Part shown: one piece after another, positions 51,480 through 64,000 of the stretch
How positions within the stretch are numbered: position 1 is the first letter of the stretch
Layout: each line of letters begins with the position of its first letter
NCBI GenBank assembly: GCA_963697335.1
Contig: CAVONQ010000001.1
Span: 29,199-93,198, forward strand
Reading direction: 5' to 3'
Source: an uncultured cyanobacterium
GTDB taxonomy: Bacteria > Cyanobacteriota > Cyanobacteriia > PCC-6307 > Cyanobiaceae
DNA: 64,000 nucleotides
Notes under the pieces: model-generated
What the model saw: only the letters and a program-made list of their open reading frames with translations
Databases searched by the model: none
What the model was told of the DNA's origin: nothing
Position numbers and translations under genes: made by a program

Positions 51480-54047
51480 ATGGAGCCGTTGCCGATCGAT
51501 GCGCTGCTGGGCAGCATCGAGGCCACCCTGGCCGCACCAGGCGCCACCCTGCTGCTGCAGGCCCCCCCGGGAGCTGGCAAGACCACCCGGGTGCCAGGGG
51601 TCGCGTTGCGCGCCCTGGGCCAGGCCGATGGCCCCGCCTCGCGGGTGTGGATGGTGGAGCCGCGGCGCCTGGCCGCCCGGGCCGCGGCCCAGCGGCTGGC
51701 TGCGGAGCTGGGCGAACCGGTGGGACAGCGAATCGGCTACAGCGTGAGGTTGGAGCGGCGCGTCAGCGCGGCCACCCGCATCGAGGTGCTCACCGGCGGC
51801 CTGTTCCTGCGCCGGCTCCAGGCCGATCCAGCCTTGGAGGGGGTGGGCTGCGTGGTGCTGGATGAGTTCCATGAGCGCCACGCCGACACCGATCTGGCCC
51901 TGGCCCTGGTGCGCCAGGCCCGGGAGCTGCTGACTCCCGACCTGCGCCTGGTGGTGATGTCTGCCACGCTCGAACTGGAGGCCCTGGCGGCCCAGATGCC
52001 CGAGGCCAGGGTGCTGCGCAGCGCCGGCCGCGGCCATCCGGTGAGCGTGGAGCACCAGGTTCCCCGCCCTGACGAGCCCCTGGCCCGGCAGGTGCTGCGT
52101 GCCCTCGAAAGCCAGGGCTGGCCGCAGCCCCAGCCCCCTGCTGCAGCCGACGCCGCGTTGGGCACCACGGCCCTGGTGTTCCTGCCTGGTCAGGCGGAGA
52201 TCCACGCCTGCGGGCGGGCCCTTGAGGCCTGCGCCTGGGGTGATGCCATCGACTGGGTGGCCCTGCACGGCAGCCTGTCCCTGGAGCAGCAGAGCGCCGC
52301 CATCGCTGCCGCCAGGCCAGGACGCCCCAAGGTGGTGCTGGCCACCAGCCTTGCCGAGAGCTCCCTCACCATCGCCGGAGTGGGCCTGGTGATCGACGCT
52401 GGCCTCAGCCGCCGCAATCGCTTCGATCCGGGCACCGGCCTGGACAGCCTGGTGACGCTGCCGGCCAGCCGGGCCAGTGCCGAGCAGCGCACCGGACGGG
52501 CCGGGAGACTGGGACCGGGGCACTGCGTGCGGCTCTGGTCCCCCGCCGAGCAGCAGCAACGCCCCGCCCACGACCCTCCCGCTCTGCTGGAGTCCGACCC
52601 CCTGCCCCTGGCCCTGCAGCTGGCCTGGTGGGGCGATCCCCTGGGCAGGGAGCTGGCCTGGCTCGATCCGCCACCCGCCGCGGCCCTGGCGGGGGCTCTG
52701 CAGCTGCTGAAACAGCTCCAGGCCATGGAGGCAGACGCCAGGCTGAGCCCCCACGGGCGCCGCCTGGCGGAGCTGGGCCTGCACCCCCGGCTCGGCCACA
52801 TGCTGGTGGTGGCAGAGCAGTGGGGAGCCCAGGCCCTGGCCAGTGCCCTGGCCGTGCTGCTGAGCGAGCGCGACCCCCTCAGCCGCCAGGACGCCGGCAG
52901 TGATCTGCTCGTCCGGCTGGACTGGCTGCGCCGCCAGTCCAGCGGCCACCCCCTGCGCCGCCTCCAGGCCCAGTGGCTGCGCCAGGCCGCAGCGGACAAC
53001 GCCTCGGATCCCGCCGTGGGCGTGCCCGGCCGGCCCGGCAACAACCCCGGCGATGACGCCACCCTCACGGCCCACCTCGTGGCAGCCGCCTATCCGGAAC
53101 GGCTCGCCCTGGCCCGGGCCGATGGCCGGGGCCGCTTCCTGCTGCGCAGCGGTCGGGGCGCCGCCCTTCACCCCCAGGACCCGCTGGTGGGGGAGCCAGC
53201 CCTGGCCGTGGCCGTGCTCGATGGCGCCCAACAGGATGCACGCATCCTGTTGGCGGTGCCCCTGCCGCTGGAACAGCTGCACGCCCTGGCGGAGCAGCAG
53301 GGGCAGTGGCTGGAGCAGGCCCGTTGGGATGCCAGCGCCGGCAGGGTGCGCTGCGAGCGGACCCTGCAGCTCGACGCCCTGGTGCTGGAGAGCCGGCCCT
53401 GGTCCCAGCCCGATGCGGCGGCGGTGGCGGCCGCCCTGCAGGAGGGACTGCGCCAGCTGGGGCTGGCTGCCTTGCCCTGGACCGCGGCCACACGCCAGCT
53501 CCAACAGCGGCTCAACCTGGCCCACCAGCACCTGGGGGAGCCCTGGCCAGACCGACGGGACAGCCAGCTGCTGGAGCAGCTCGGCAGCTGGCTGGGGCCC
53601 TCCCTGGAGGGGATGCGCAGCCTCGACGACCTGCGCCAGCTCGACCTGGCCGAGGCGCTCTGGGCAGAGCTCCCCTGGTCGCGGCGCCGCGAGCTGGATC
53701 GGCTGCTGCCCGGCAGCCTGACGCTGCCGACAGGGCGGCAGGTGCGGCTTGACTACAGCGGCGGAGCACCGGTGCTGGCGGCGAAACTGCAGGAGTTCTT
53801 CGGCTTGGCGGAGGGGCCAACCGTGCTCGGCGGCAGGCTGGCGGTGACCCTGCACCTGCTCAGTCCGGCGGGGCGACCAGCGGCAATCACATCGGATCTG
53901 GCCGGGTTCTGGGCGGGCGGCTATCGGGAGGTGCGCCGGGAGCTGCGCGGCCGCTATCCCAGGCATCCCTGGCCCGAGGACGGCGCCAGGGCCCAGCCCA
54001 CCCGGCTCACCAAGGCAGCCCTAGGCCAGACTGGGCCCACGTCGTGA
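51480..54047 (+). CDS. hrpB: ATP-dependent RNA helicase HrpB
   Basis: APPGAGKTT, EPRRLAAR, DEFHER, MSAT, QRTGRAGR, C-terminal LRGRYPRHPWPED. Confidence 0.95.
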   Translation: MEPLPIDALLGSIEATLAAPGATLLLQAPPGAGKTTRVPGVALRALGQADGPASRVWMVEPRRLAARAAAQRLAAELGEPVGQRIGYSVRLERRVSAATRIEVLTGGLFLRRLQADPALEGVGCVVLDEFHERHADTDLALALVRQARELLTPDLRLVVMSATLELEALAAQMPEARVLRSAGRGHPVSVEHQVPRPDEPLARQVLRALESQGWPQPQPPAAADAALGTTALVFLPGQAEIHACGRALEACAWGDAIDWVALHGSLSLEQQSAAIAAARPGRPKVVLATSLAESSLTIAGVGLVIDAGLSRRNRFDPGTGLDSLVTLPASRASAEQRTGRAGRLGPGHCVRLWSPAEQQQRPAHDPPALLESDPLPLALQLAWWGDPLGRELAWLDPPPAAALAGALQLLKQLQAMEADARLSPHGRRLAELGLHPRLGHMLVVAEQWGAQALASALAVLLSERDPLSRQDAGSDLLVRLDWLRRQSSGHPLRRLQAQWLRQAAADNASDPAVGVPGRPGNNPGDDATLTAHLVAAAYPERLALARADGRGRFLLRSGRGAALHPQDPLVGEPALAVAVLDGAQQDARILLAVPLPLEQLHALAEQQGQWLEQARWDASAGRVRCERTLQLDALVLESRPWSQPDAAAVAAALQEGLRQLGLAALPWTAATRQLQQRLNLAHQHLGEPWPDRRDSQLLEQLGSWLGPSLEGMRSLDDLRQLDLAEALWAELPWSRRRELDRLLPGSLTLPTGRQVRLDYSGGAPVLAAKLQEFFGLAEGPTVLGGRLAVTLHLLSPAGRPAAITSDLAGFWAGGYREVRRELRGRYPRHPWPEDGARAQPTRLTKAALGQTGPTS

Positions 54048-54062
54048 TGGGTGGTGGTGGCG

Positions 54063-54257
54063 ATGGCGCGATTCCTGGCCGGCCGGCCGCTGTTCCCGGG
54101 CAACCGGCGGGATGGATCCAGGCTGCTGAGCAGTGCCCTGGTGATCTGCTGCATCGGTCTGGTACGGCTCGACCACCCCGCTGGCCAGCTGGTGGCCGTC
54201 CTGGCGGGCCTGGTGAGCCTCTATTGGTGGCGCTGTTACCAGCACCTGCAGGCCTGA
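54063..54257 (+). CDS. small two-TM hypothetical protein
   Basis: 64-aa hydrophobic ORF between hrpB and xseA. Confidence 0.6.
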   Translation: MARFLAGRPLFPGNRRDGSRLLSSALVICCIGLVRLDHPAGQLVAVLAGLVSLYWWRCYQHLQA

Positions 54258-54261
54258 GCCG

Positions 54262-55461
54262 ATGCTGGCGGTCCCCTCCCCGACCAGCTGGCCACCAGGC
54301 CAGGGGCTGCCGCGCTACAGCGTCAGTGAGCTCAATGCCGCCATCGGAGCGCTGATCGAGCGGGGCTTTGCCCCCCGCTTTCTGCTGGAGGCCACCGTCA
54401 GCAGGCCCCAGCTCAAGAAGGGGCACCTCTGGATGACCCTGGTGGATGAGCAGGCCTCGATCTCCGCGGTGGTCTGGGCCTCCCAACGACAGAAGCTCAG
54501 CCTTCAGCCCAGTGAGGGCGATGGGGTGGTGGTGGTGGGCAAGCTCAACTTCTGGGCCAGCCGCGCCTCCCTGTGCGTGCAGGTGCTGGACCTGAGGCCC
54601 AGCCTCAGCAGCGTGATGCGCCGCTTCGAGCAGGTGCGGGGGGCGCTGATCGGCGAGGGGCTGTTCAATGAGGAGCGCAAACGGCCCCTGCCCCACGCGC
54701 CCCAGCGCATCGCCCTCCTCACCAGCGTGCCCAGCTCCGCCCTGGCCGACATGCTGCGCACGGCGATGGAGCGCTGGCCCGCCACCGCCGTGCTGCTGGT
54801 GCCGATCCCCGTGCAGGGAGGTGTGGAGGCGCCCATCTGCGCCGTGCTGCGCAGCCTCTATGGCCGGGTGGCCCGCGAGGGCATCGAGGCCATCGTGTTG
54901 GCCCGCGGCGGCGGCAGCCGCGAAGATCTGGCCGTCTTCGACGGGGAAGACCTGGCCCGGCTCCTGGCCAAGAGTCCAGTGCCTCTGGTGAGCGGCATCG
55001 GCCATGAGGACGACACCACCATCGCCGACCTGGTGGCCGACTATCGCGCCGCCACCCCCACCGCCGCCCTGGTGGCCCTGCTGCCAGAGCGGCAGACCGT
55101 GCTGGCCAGCCTGCTACAGACGCGCCGACACCTGGGTCAGCTGATCCGCTGGCACCTGCAGGGCCAACGCCAGCAGGTCGGGCGCCTGCAGGAACGGCTG
55201 CAGCAGCTGCACCCCCACCAGCTGCTGCAGCAACGCCGCCAGACCCTCAAGCAGACCCAGGCCCTGCTGCAGGCTCTCTCCCCTGAGCAGGTGCTCCGGC
55301 GGGGCTTCAGCCTGATCCGCTCAGCTGAGGGAGAGCTGCTGCGGTCGGTCGGGGCTGTGCGGCCTGGCTCCCAGGTGGTGCTGGAATGGGTCGATGGGAG
55401 TGCCGTGGCTGAGGTGCGCGAGATTCAGCCCCAGCCACCCGCGGACCAGCCCCGATCCTGA
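54262..55461 (+). CDS. xseA: exodeoxyribonuclease VII large subunit
   Basis: YSVSELN, ARGGGSREDL, SGIGHEDD, AATPTAA, VLRRGFS. Confidence 0.95.
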   Translation: MLAVPSPTSWPPGQGLPRYSVSELNAAIGALIERGFAPRFLLEATVSRPQLKKGHLWMTLVDEQASISAVVWASQRQKLSLQPSEGDGVVVVGKLNFWASRASLCVQVLDLRPSLSSVMRRFEQVRGALIGEGLFNEERKRPLPHAPQRIALLTSVPSSALADMLRTAMERWPATAVLLVPIPVQGGVEAPICAVLRSLYGRVAREGIEAIVLARGGGSREDLAVFDGEDLARLLAKSPVPLVSGIGHEDDTTIADLVADYRAATPTAALVALLPERQTVLASLLQTRRHLGQLIRWHLQGQRQQVGRLQERLQQLHPHQLLQQRRQTLKQTQALLQALSPEQVLRRGFSLIRSAEGELLRSVGAVRPGSQVVLEWVDGSAVAEVREIQPQPPADQPRS

Positions 55462-55463
55462 CC

Positions 55464-55721
55464 ATGGCCAGCAAGAGATCCCGCAGCGCCGAAACGATCG
55501 CGGCCGGCCTCAGCTACCGCGAAGCCCACACGGCTCTGGAGCTGATTCTGGCCGAGCTGCAGAGCCCTGATCTGGATGTGGAGGAGATGGCTGGTCACTA
55601 CCGGCGGGCCCAGGCCTATGCCGAGCGCTGCGAACAGATCCTGAGCAAGGTGGAGCAGGAGGTGCTGCTCTGGGATCCCAGCGGCGATGACAGCAGCGAC
55701 CCCACCCCCTACACGCCATGA
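55464..55721 (+). CDS. xseB: exodeoxyribonuclease VII small subunit
   Basis: LSYREAHTALELILAELQ...CEQIL; directly after xseA. Confidence 0.88.
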   Translation: MASKRSRSAETIAAGLSYREAHTALELILAELQSPDLDVEEMAGHYRRAQAYAERCEQILSKVEQEVLLWDPSGDDSSDPTPYTP

Positions 55722-56110
55722 CCCCGTCTCCCAACGCAGCCCCAGCCACCTTCAGGCCCGAGCAGCCCCCCAGCGCTTGGCTGCGCTGGCTCTACCTGGC
55801 CCTGGCCGTGGCGGGGGCGGTGCTGCCCTGGCTCGCCAATCTCGACTACATACGGGCCTATGGCGGCGGCTTTGATCTGGGCCAGTTCGTGGGGCTGGCC
55901 AATGCCAACCCAGCTGCTGCCTCCCTGTCGCGCGATCTGGCGATCGGGGCCACAGCCGTGCTGATCTGGATCGTGCAGGAAAGCCGCCGCCTCAAGATGC
56001 GTGGGTTGCCCCTGGTGATCGCGGCCTGCCTTCTGATCGCCTTCGCCTGCGGCGCCCCTCTCTTTCTCTATCTGCGCGAGCGACGGCTCGACGAACTCTC
56101 CCGCACCTGA
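55718..56110 (+). CDS. DUF2834-like membrane protein
   Basis: TM helices, ANPAAASLSRDL, APLFLYLRER. Confidence 0.75.
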   Translation: MTPSPNAAPATFRPEQPPSAWLRWLYLALAVAGAVLPWLANLDYIRAYGGGFDLGQFVGLANANPAAASLSRDLAIGATAVLIWIVQESRRLKMRGLPLVIAACLLIAFACGAPLFLYLRERRLDELSRT

Positions 56111-56174
56111 GCGGGGCCTGAGCGTCCGCAGTCCACGCCCCGCGATGGCCCGCTGTTCGGCAGACGGAGCTCCA

Positions 56175-56579
56175 TCAGCGCGGGGACATTCCCTCGTCGT
56201 CCAGGTCCTGGGAGGACACCACCTCCACATCAATCGTGGCCGAGGCGGCATCGACGCCTGAGGATGGACGGGACGCGAAGGAATCACCCCCGAACACCTG
56301 GGGCTGCTCAAGGCCAGAGGCTTCGCCGTCCAAGCCGGTGCCGCAGGCCGGGCACACCGGCGCCCCGAAGCTGGTCAAGCCGCAGCTGGGACACACCCTG
56401 ATGCGCCGCTTGAGCAGCTGCCAGGCCACCACCCCCGCGCCTGCCAGGAGCAGCGGCAACAGCAGCAGGGTGAGAGTGATGCCACCGACCACGTCCAACA
56501 GCACGCGGCCGGCAGGTGAGGGAGCCAGCAACAACAGCCCCAGCAGGCCGATCCACACCCATGGAATTGACCTCGGCAT
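56175..56579 (-). CDS. membrane protein with zinc-ribbon motif
   Basis: Two TM segments followed by CPSC...CPAC and ATIDVEV; start at ATG 56579. Confidence 0.7.
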   Translation of the reverse strand: MPRSIPWVWIGLLGLLLLAPSPAGRVLLDVVGGITLTLLLLPLLLAGAGVVAWQLLKRRIRVCPSCGLTSFGAPVCPACGTGLDGEASGLEQPQVFGGDSFASRPSSGVDAASATIDVEVVSSQDLDDEGMSPR

Positions 56580-56722
56580 GGTTCCAGGACTGCGTAAGGG
56601 GCTGGCAGTGTCAAGCACGGAGCTCCACACGGTTCCATCCTGGCCTGGCAGGGCCAGCGCAGCGGGGATCGACACGATCAGGAGCCCGGCCACGCTCCGT
56701 TGGGGGACGTGGGCAACGTGCT

Positions 56723-57670
56723 TCAGGGGCGCCTGCGGCTGGGGCGACGGATGACCACACTGAGGCACTGGGAGTAATAGATGAGCACCCCAATCAGCCA
56801 CACCCAGAGGCCGAACACCAGCACGCCGCCAACCAGCCCGTAGGCCTGAAAGCGCAGGCCAAGGGCGACAAGCACCCGGCCCAGCAAGAGATTGAGAACC
56901 GTGAATGAAGCAGCGAGAAATCCGGCTCCAGGCAAGAGATCACGCCAGGGGACATGGCGCGAGGGCAGCATCCAGAGCAGCAGCAGGGACGCCAGCAGAC
57001 TGAACCCCAGGGTGCTGAGCAGACCCACCCCTACATCGACGGGTCGCTGCAGATCCGGAATCCGAGGAAAGATCGTGGGCAGCAGATCCCTGAGCATCAG
57101 GCTGCCGGGGAGGCTCCACTGATAGGCCAGCCGATCCATCACGATCAGCAGGGCCAGCAAGCTCATCAAAGCAAGGGCCTTGAGCCGCAGGGCGCAGTAG
57201 CGCCAGAGCAGACGACGCCAGCCAATGTGCCCAAGCCCCAGGGGTCGATCCCACCAGATGCGATCCGCCCCCCGCTGCAGGGTGAGATAGGCATTGCTGG
57301 CCGTCAGCACCAGCACCACCACACCCAACAAGCCAGCGCCCACGCCCTGGCGCAGGAAGGCGTTTAACCCGGAGGTCACCGCCGGCATGGCTGTGCCGGG
57401 CAGGACTTGCCGGGCGCCGCTCAAAAGCCGATCCACCAGTCCTTCATCCTGCCCCAGCACGCGCGAGGCCAGGGACAACGCAATCAGACCAATCGGGAAC
57501 ACCGACTGCATGGCGTGATAGGCAAAGGCCGCACTGAGGTCCACACAGTCGTGGTGAAACCACAGGCGCAGGGCAGCCCAAAGAGCCCGCCCCCATCCCA
57601 TGGGCGTCATCAATCGAACGGAGCCTTGGCTTCCGGGCAACGCTTCCTCCATGGGACAGGAGTTCACCAT
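56723..57670 (-). CDS. YihY/BrkB family membrane protein
   Basis: DCVDLSAAFAYH, LLPGA, YGLVGGVLVFGLWVW; start uncertain. Confidence 0.82.
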   Translation of the reverse strand: MVNSCPMEEALPGSQGSVRLMTPMGWGRALWAALRLWFHHDCVDLSAAFAYHAMQSVFPIGLIALSLASRVLGQDEGLVDRLLSGARQVLPGTAMPAVTSGLNAFLRQGVGAGLLGVVVLVLTASNAYLTLQRGADRIWWDRPLGLGHIGWRRLLWRYCALRLKALALMSLLALLIVMDRLAYQWSLPGSLMLRDLLPTIFPRIPDLQRPVDVGVGLLSTLGFSLLASLLLLWMLPSRHVPWRDLLPGAGFLAASFTVLNLLLGRVLVALGLRFQAYGLVGGVLVFGLWVWLIGVLIYYSQCLSVVIRRPSRRRP

Positions 57671-57714
57671 GCCGCACCAGCCCGAGTCCGATGGACTCCA
57701 CAGAGGATGGGCAC

Positions 57715-57740
57715 AAAAAAGGCCACCCCTGGGTGGCCTT
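57715..57740 (-). terminator. rRNA operon terminator
   Basis: AAGGCCACCC-(CT)-GGGTGGCCTT hairpin with A6 on the + strand (U tract on minus), just downstream of 5S. Confidence 0.88.
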
Positions 57741-57768
57741 GATCAAAAGAGCAGACAAGAAAGTTTTA

Positions 57769-57885
57769 CCTGGCATCGACCTATTTTCTCAGGGGGCTTC
57801 CCCCCAACTATCGTCGGCGCTGCAGCGTTTCACAACCGAGTTCGAGATGGATCGGTGTGGTTCCACTGCGCCATGGACACCAGGA
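57769..57885 (-). rRNA. rrf: 5S rRNA
   Basis: Reverse complement TCCTGGTGTCCATGGCGCAGTGGAACCAC...CCGATCCATCTCGAACTCGG...GCCAGG. Confidence 0.96.
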
Positions 57886-58059
57886 TAGAAGGCTGTGTTG
57901 AACTGATCTCAGGAGATCAAGTTCAATTCAGTCTTCTGCTTTTTATCTTGCCCTCAGGTTGAACCCTGAGAACTGCATAGGTTAGACCAGCTCCAGACAA
58001 CCTTGACGGCCATCCCTTGCTGATCCTCTGGAAACAAGCTGTTAAGAGCTTGAGGTTAT

Positions 58060-60944
<2,885 letters not shown>

Positions 60945-61172
60945 ATTAAATCTTCCAGTGCTTCAGGCTGTTGAGGCCTATTCTCTCAACATTCAATCGC
61001 TCCCTTTCGGCAGCAACGGAATGAAGGATCAAACTCCTCACCCCTCGGCGGGGCTAGAAGAACACTGGAAGTTCTCGGCTCTTAACTTCATAGAATTGTT
61101 TTGATTCCATTGGGGCTTTTCAGCCCTGTCTGAAATCAAACATCCATGAGATGCTTTATTTCCAGATTCACC

Positions 61173-61191
61173 TATGCAGTTGTCAAGGTTC
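61173..61191 (-). promoter_or_regulatory. ITS boxA / 23S processing-stem arm
   Basis: GAACCTTGACAACTGCATA on the minus strand; pairs with the region near 57961-57981. Confidence 0.75.
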
Positions 61192-61309
61192 TTCGCCAAA
61201 CCCTCAGTAAGTAGAATCAACTACTCACCGTGAGTCCAGCATCATGCCATCATCTAAAATGATTGCGGCATGGGGCTGGAGTCGCGCTTGGGCTGATACC
61301 AATATCGGT

Positions 61310-61343
61310 TTACCGATACTGTCTTGTTACCGATACAGTCTTG
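61310..61343. repeat. 17-bp tandem duplication in the ITS
   Basis: TTACCGATACTGTCTTG followed by TTACCGATACAGTCTTG (1 mismatch). Confidence 0.85.
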
Positions 61344-61418
61344 GTCACGTCTCCCTCAGGACTGATCTCCTGTTTCTGAGAACTACTCTGAGAATTGATC
61401 CGAGAACCTACAGTTGAA

Positions 61419-61491
61419 TGGAGGTTAGCGGACTCGAACCGCTGACATCCTGCTTGCAAAGCAGGCGCTCTACCAACTGAGCTAAACCCCC
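61419..61491 (-). tRNA. tRNA-Ala(TGC)
   Basis: GGGGGTTTAGCTCAGTTGGTAGAGCGCCTGCTTTGCAAGCAGG...TTCGAGTCCGCTAACCTCCA. Confidence 0.97.
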
Positions 61492-61500
61492 AGACATGAA

Positions 61501-61574
<74 letters not shown>

Positions 61575-61892
61575 AGGAGATTTCCAAACCGATCACTCGA
61601 TTTGGGCTTACCCTCAGGGGGGTGACCTAGACAACGTTTAGGAACTGAAAAAGACATCACGCTCTCCCAAACCACCACACATCAGCCATAAATTCACCTG
61701 GGCTCAACTCACCTTGCGGTGTGCTGATCCCTTGCAAAAGCCTGGCTTCTCTGCTTGATCTGTTCTGCGCTTGCCTCCTTGAGGTACCGATCGACCTTCG
61801 AGATGACAGGACCATGGCCTAAGATTAATGTTGCCTCACTAACATAAAGTTAGCTCAGCACTCAGACATCATGATCAGTGATTGTCTCCCTG

Positions 61893-63376
<1,484 letters not shown>

Positions 63377-63824
63377 GTAGACCGGTCCTTTAAAATAAAT
63401 AAGATCGCTCTTACCTATCCTCAACGCGGCTTGCTTGCTCCCAAGATTTAATACTAAAGTCCGAATTGATGCCGAAGCATCAACTCATTCCACCGCATCA
63501 ACCTCAGTTGCTTGCCCCATTCGGTAAAATGGTTTCAAAGAGTGCACCGTGGAAACATAAACTTTCGTTCATCTCTCCCCTGTGACTTTCCCAGATCTCA
63601 GATCCGGTTCGCTCCCAGCATCAAACTGCCTTTCAACAACATGTTCACTCGTGAGAAGCAAGCACATCATCAACAGCTCAATACCAGTTGCTATTGTTTT
63701 TTGACGGGACCTCACACCTTCACTGCTCTTTCGTTAACACTTCCAAAAAGCTCCACCTACCCTCGCCCTTTCACAGGCTCAGCTCGGCAAAACACCCTTA
63801 AGAAGCCCTAACGCAGTGAAAGCG

Positions 63825-63856
63825 TCAGTTCCTAAACGTTTCGGTTGTCCAGGTTC
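63825..63856 (-). promoter_or_regulatory. rrn leader boxA / 16S processing-stem arm
   Basis: Minus-strand GAACCTGGACAACCGAAACGTTTAGGAACTGA pairs with the post-16S region near 61624-61648. Confidence 0.7.
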
Positions 63857-64000
63857 TGCTACCTCCACTCCCGCTTCCGGAAGCTCTCGGTGGCTGTCGC
63901 CTCGCAGCGACCAGAGAAACCTACAGCACCGAAGGGCCGCTCTCGCGGACGCTCTCCTAAACCTGTAAGCCTGCTCCTCTCGGATCTGGCCTCGCGGCCT

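Overview
GC-rich chromosomal segment of a picocyanobacterium (Cyanobium/Synechococcus-like, judged from cpcG, cpcS, the sufR-ftrC-sufBCDS arrangement and the 16S/ITS style). It is mostly core genome: def, an S9 peptidase, gltS-like symporter, mtnA plus a FucA-type class II aldolase, a sulfotransferase, the suf locus with ftrC and sufR, cpcS, cpcG, DUF4912, a PLD-family lipoprotein, pgm, two tandem RND efflux modules, rarA, bcp, coaX, cysH, an NDH-2-like oxidoreductase, hflX, a 1-Cys peroxiredoxin, anmK, an ABC-F ATPase, an HtrA protease, hrpB and xseAB. It ends in a minus-strand rRNA operon (16S, tRNA-Ile, tRNA-Ala, 23S, 5S). I saw no transposase, integrase, prophage or CRISPR array. Most notable observations: (1) a divergent NblA-like gene behind a near-canonical class II NtcA promoter; (2) hflX running in frame, with no stop, into the peroxiredoxin; (3) a ribbon-helix-helix gene with a perfect 19-bp palindrome upstream, next to a cluster of small proteins that includes a Nif11-like one; (4) an mtnA + FucA/Ald2-type aldolase + sulfotransferase block attached to suf, a possible DHAP-shunt salvage route; (5) a 37-aa single-TM ORF missing from the ORF track; (6) a homopolymer frameshift in an FAD monooxygenase. 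All product calls come from motif recognition by eye; no database searches were run.
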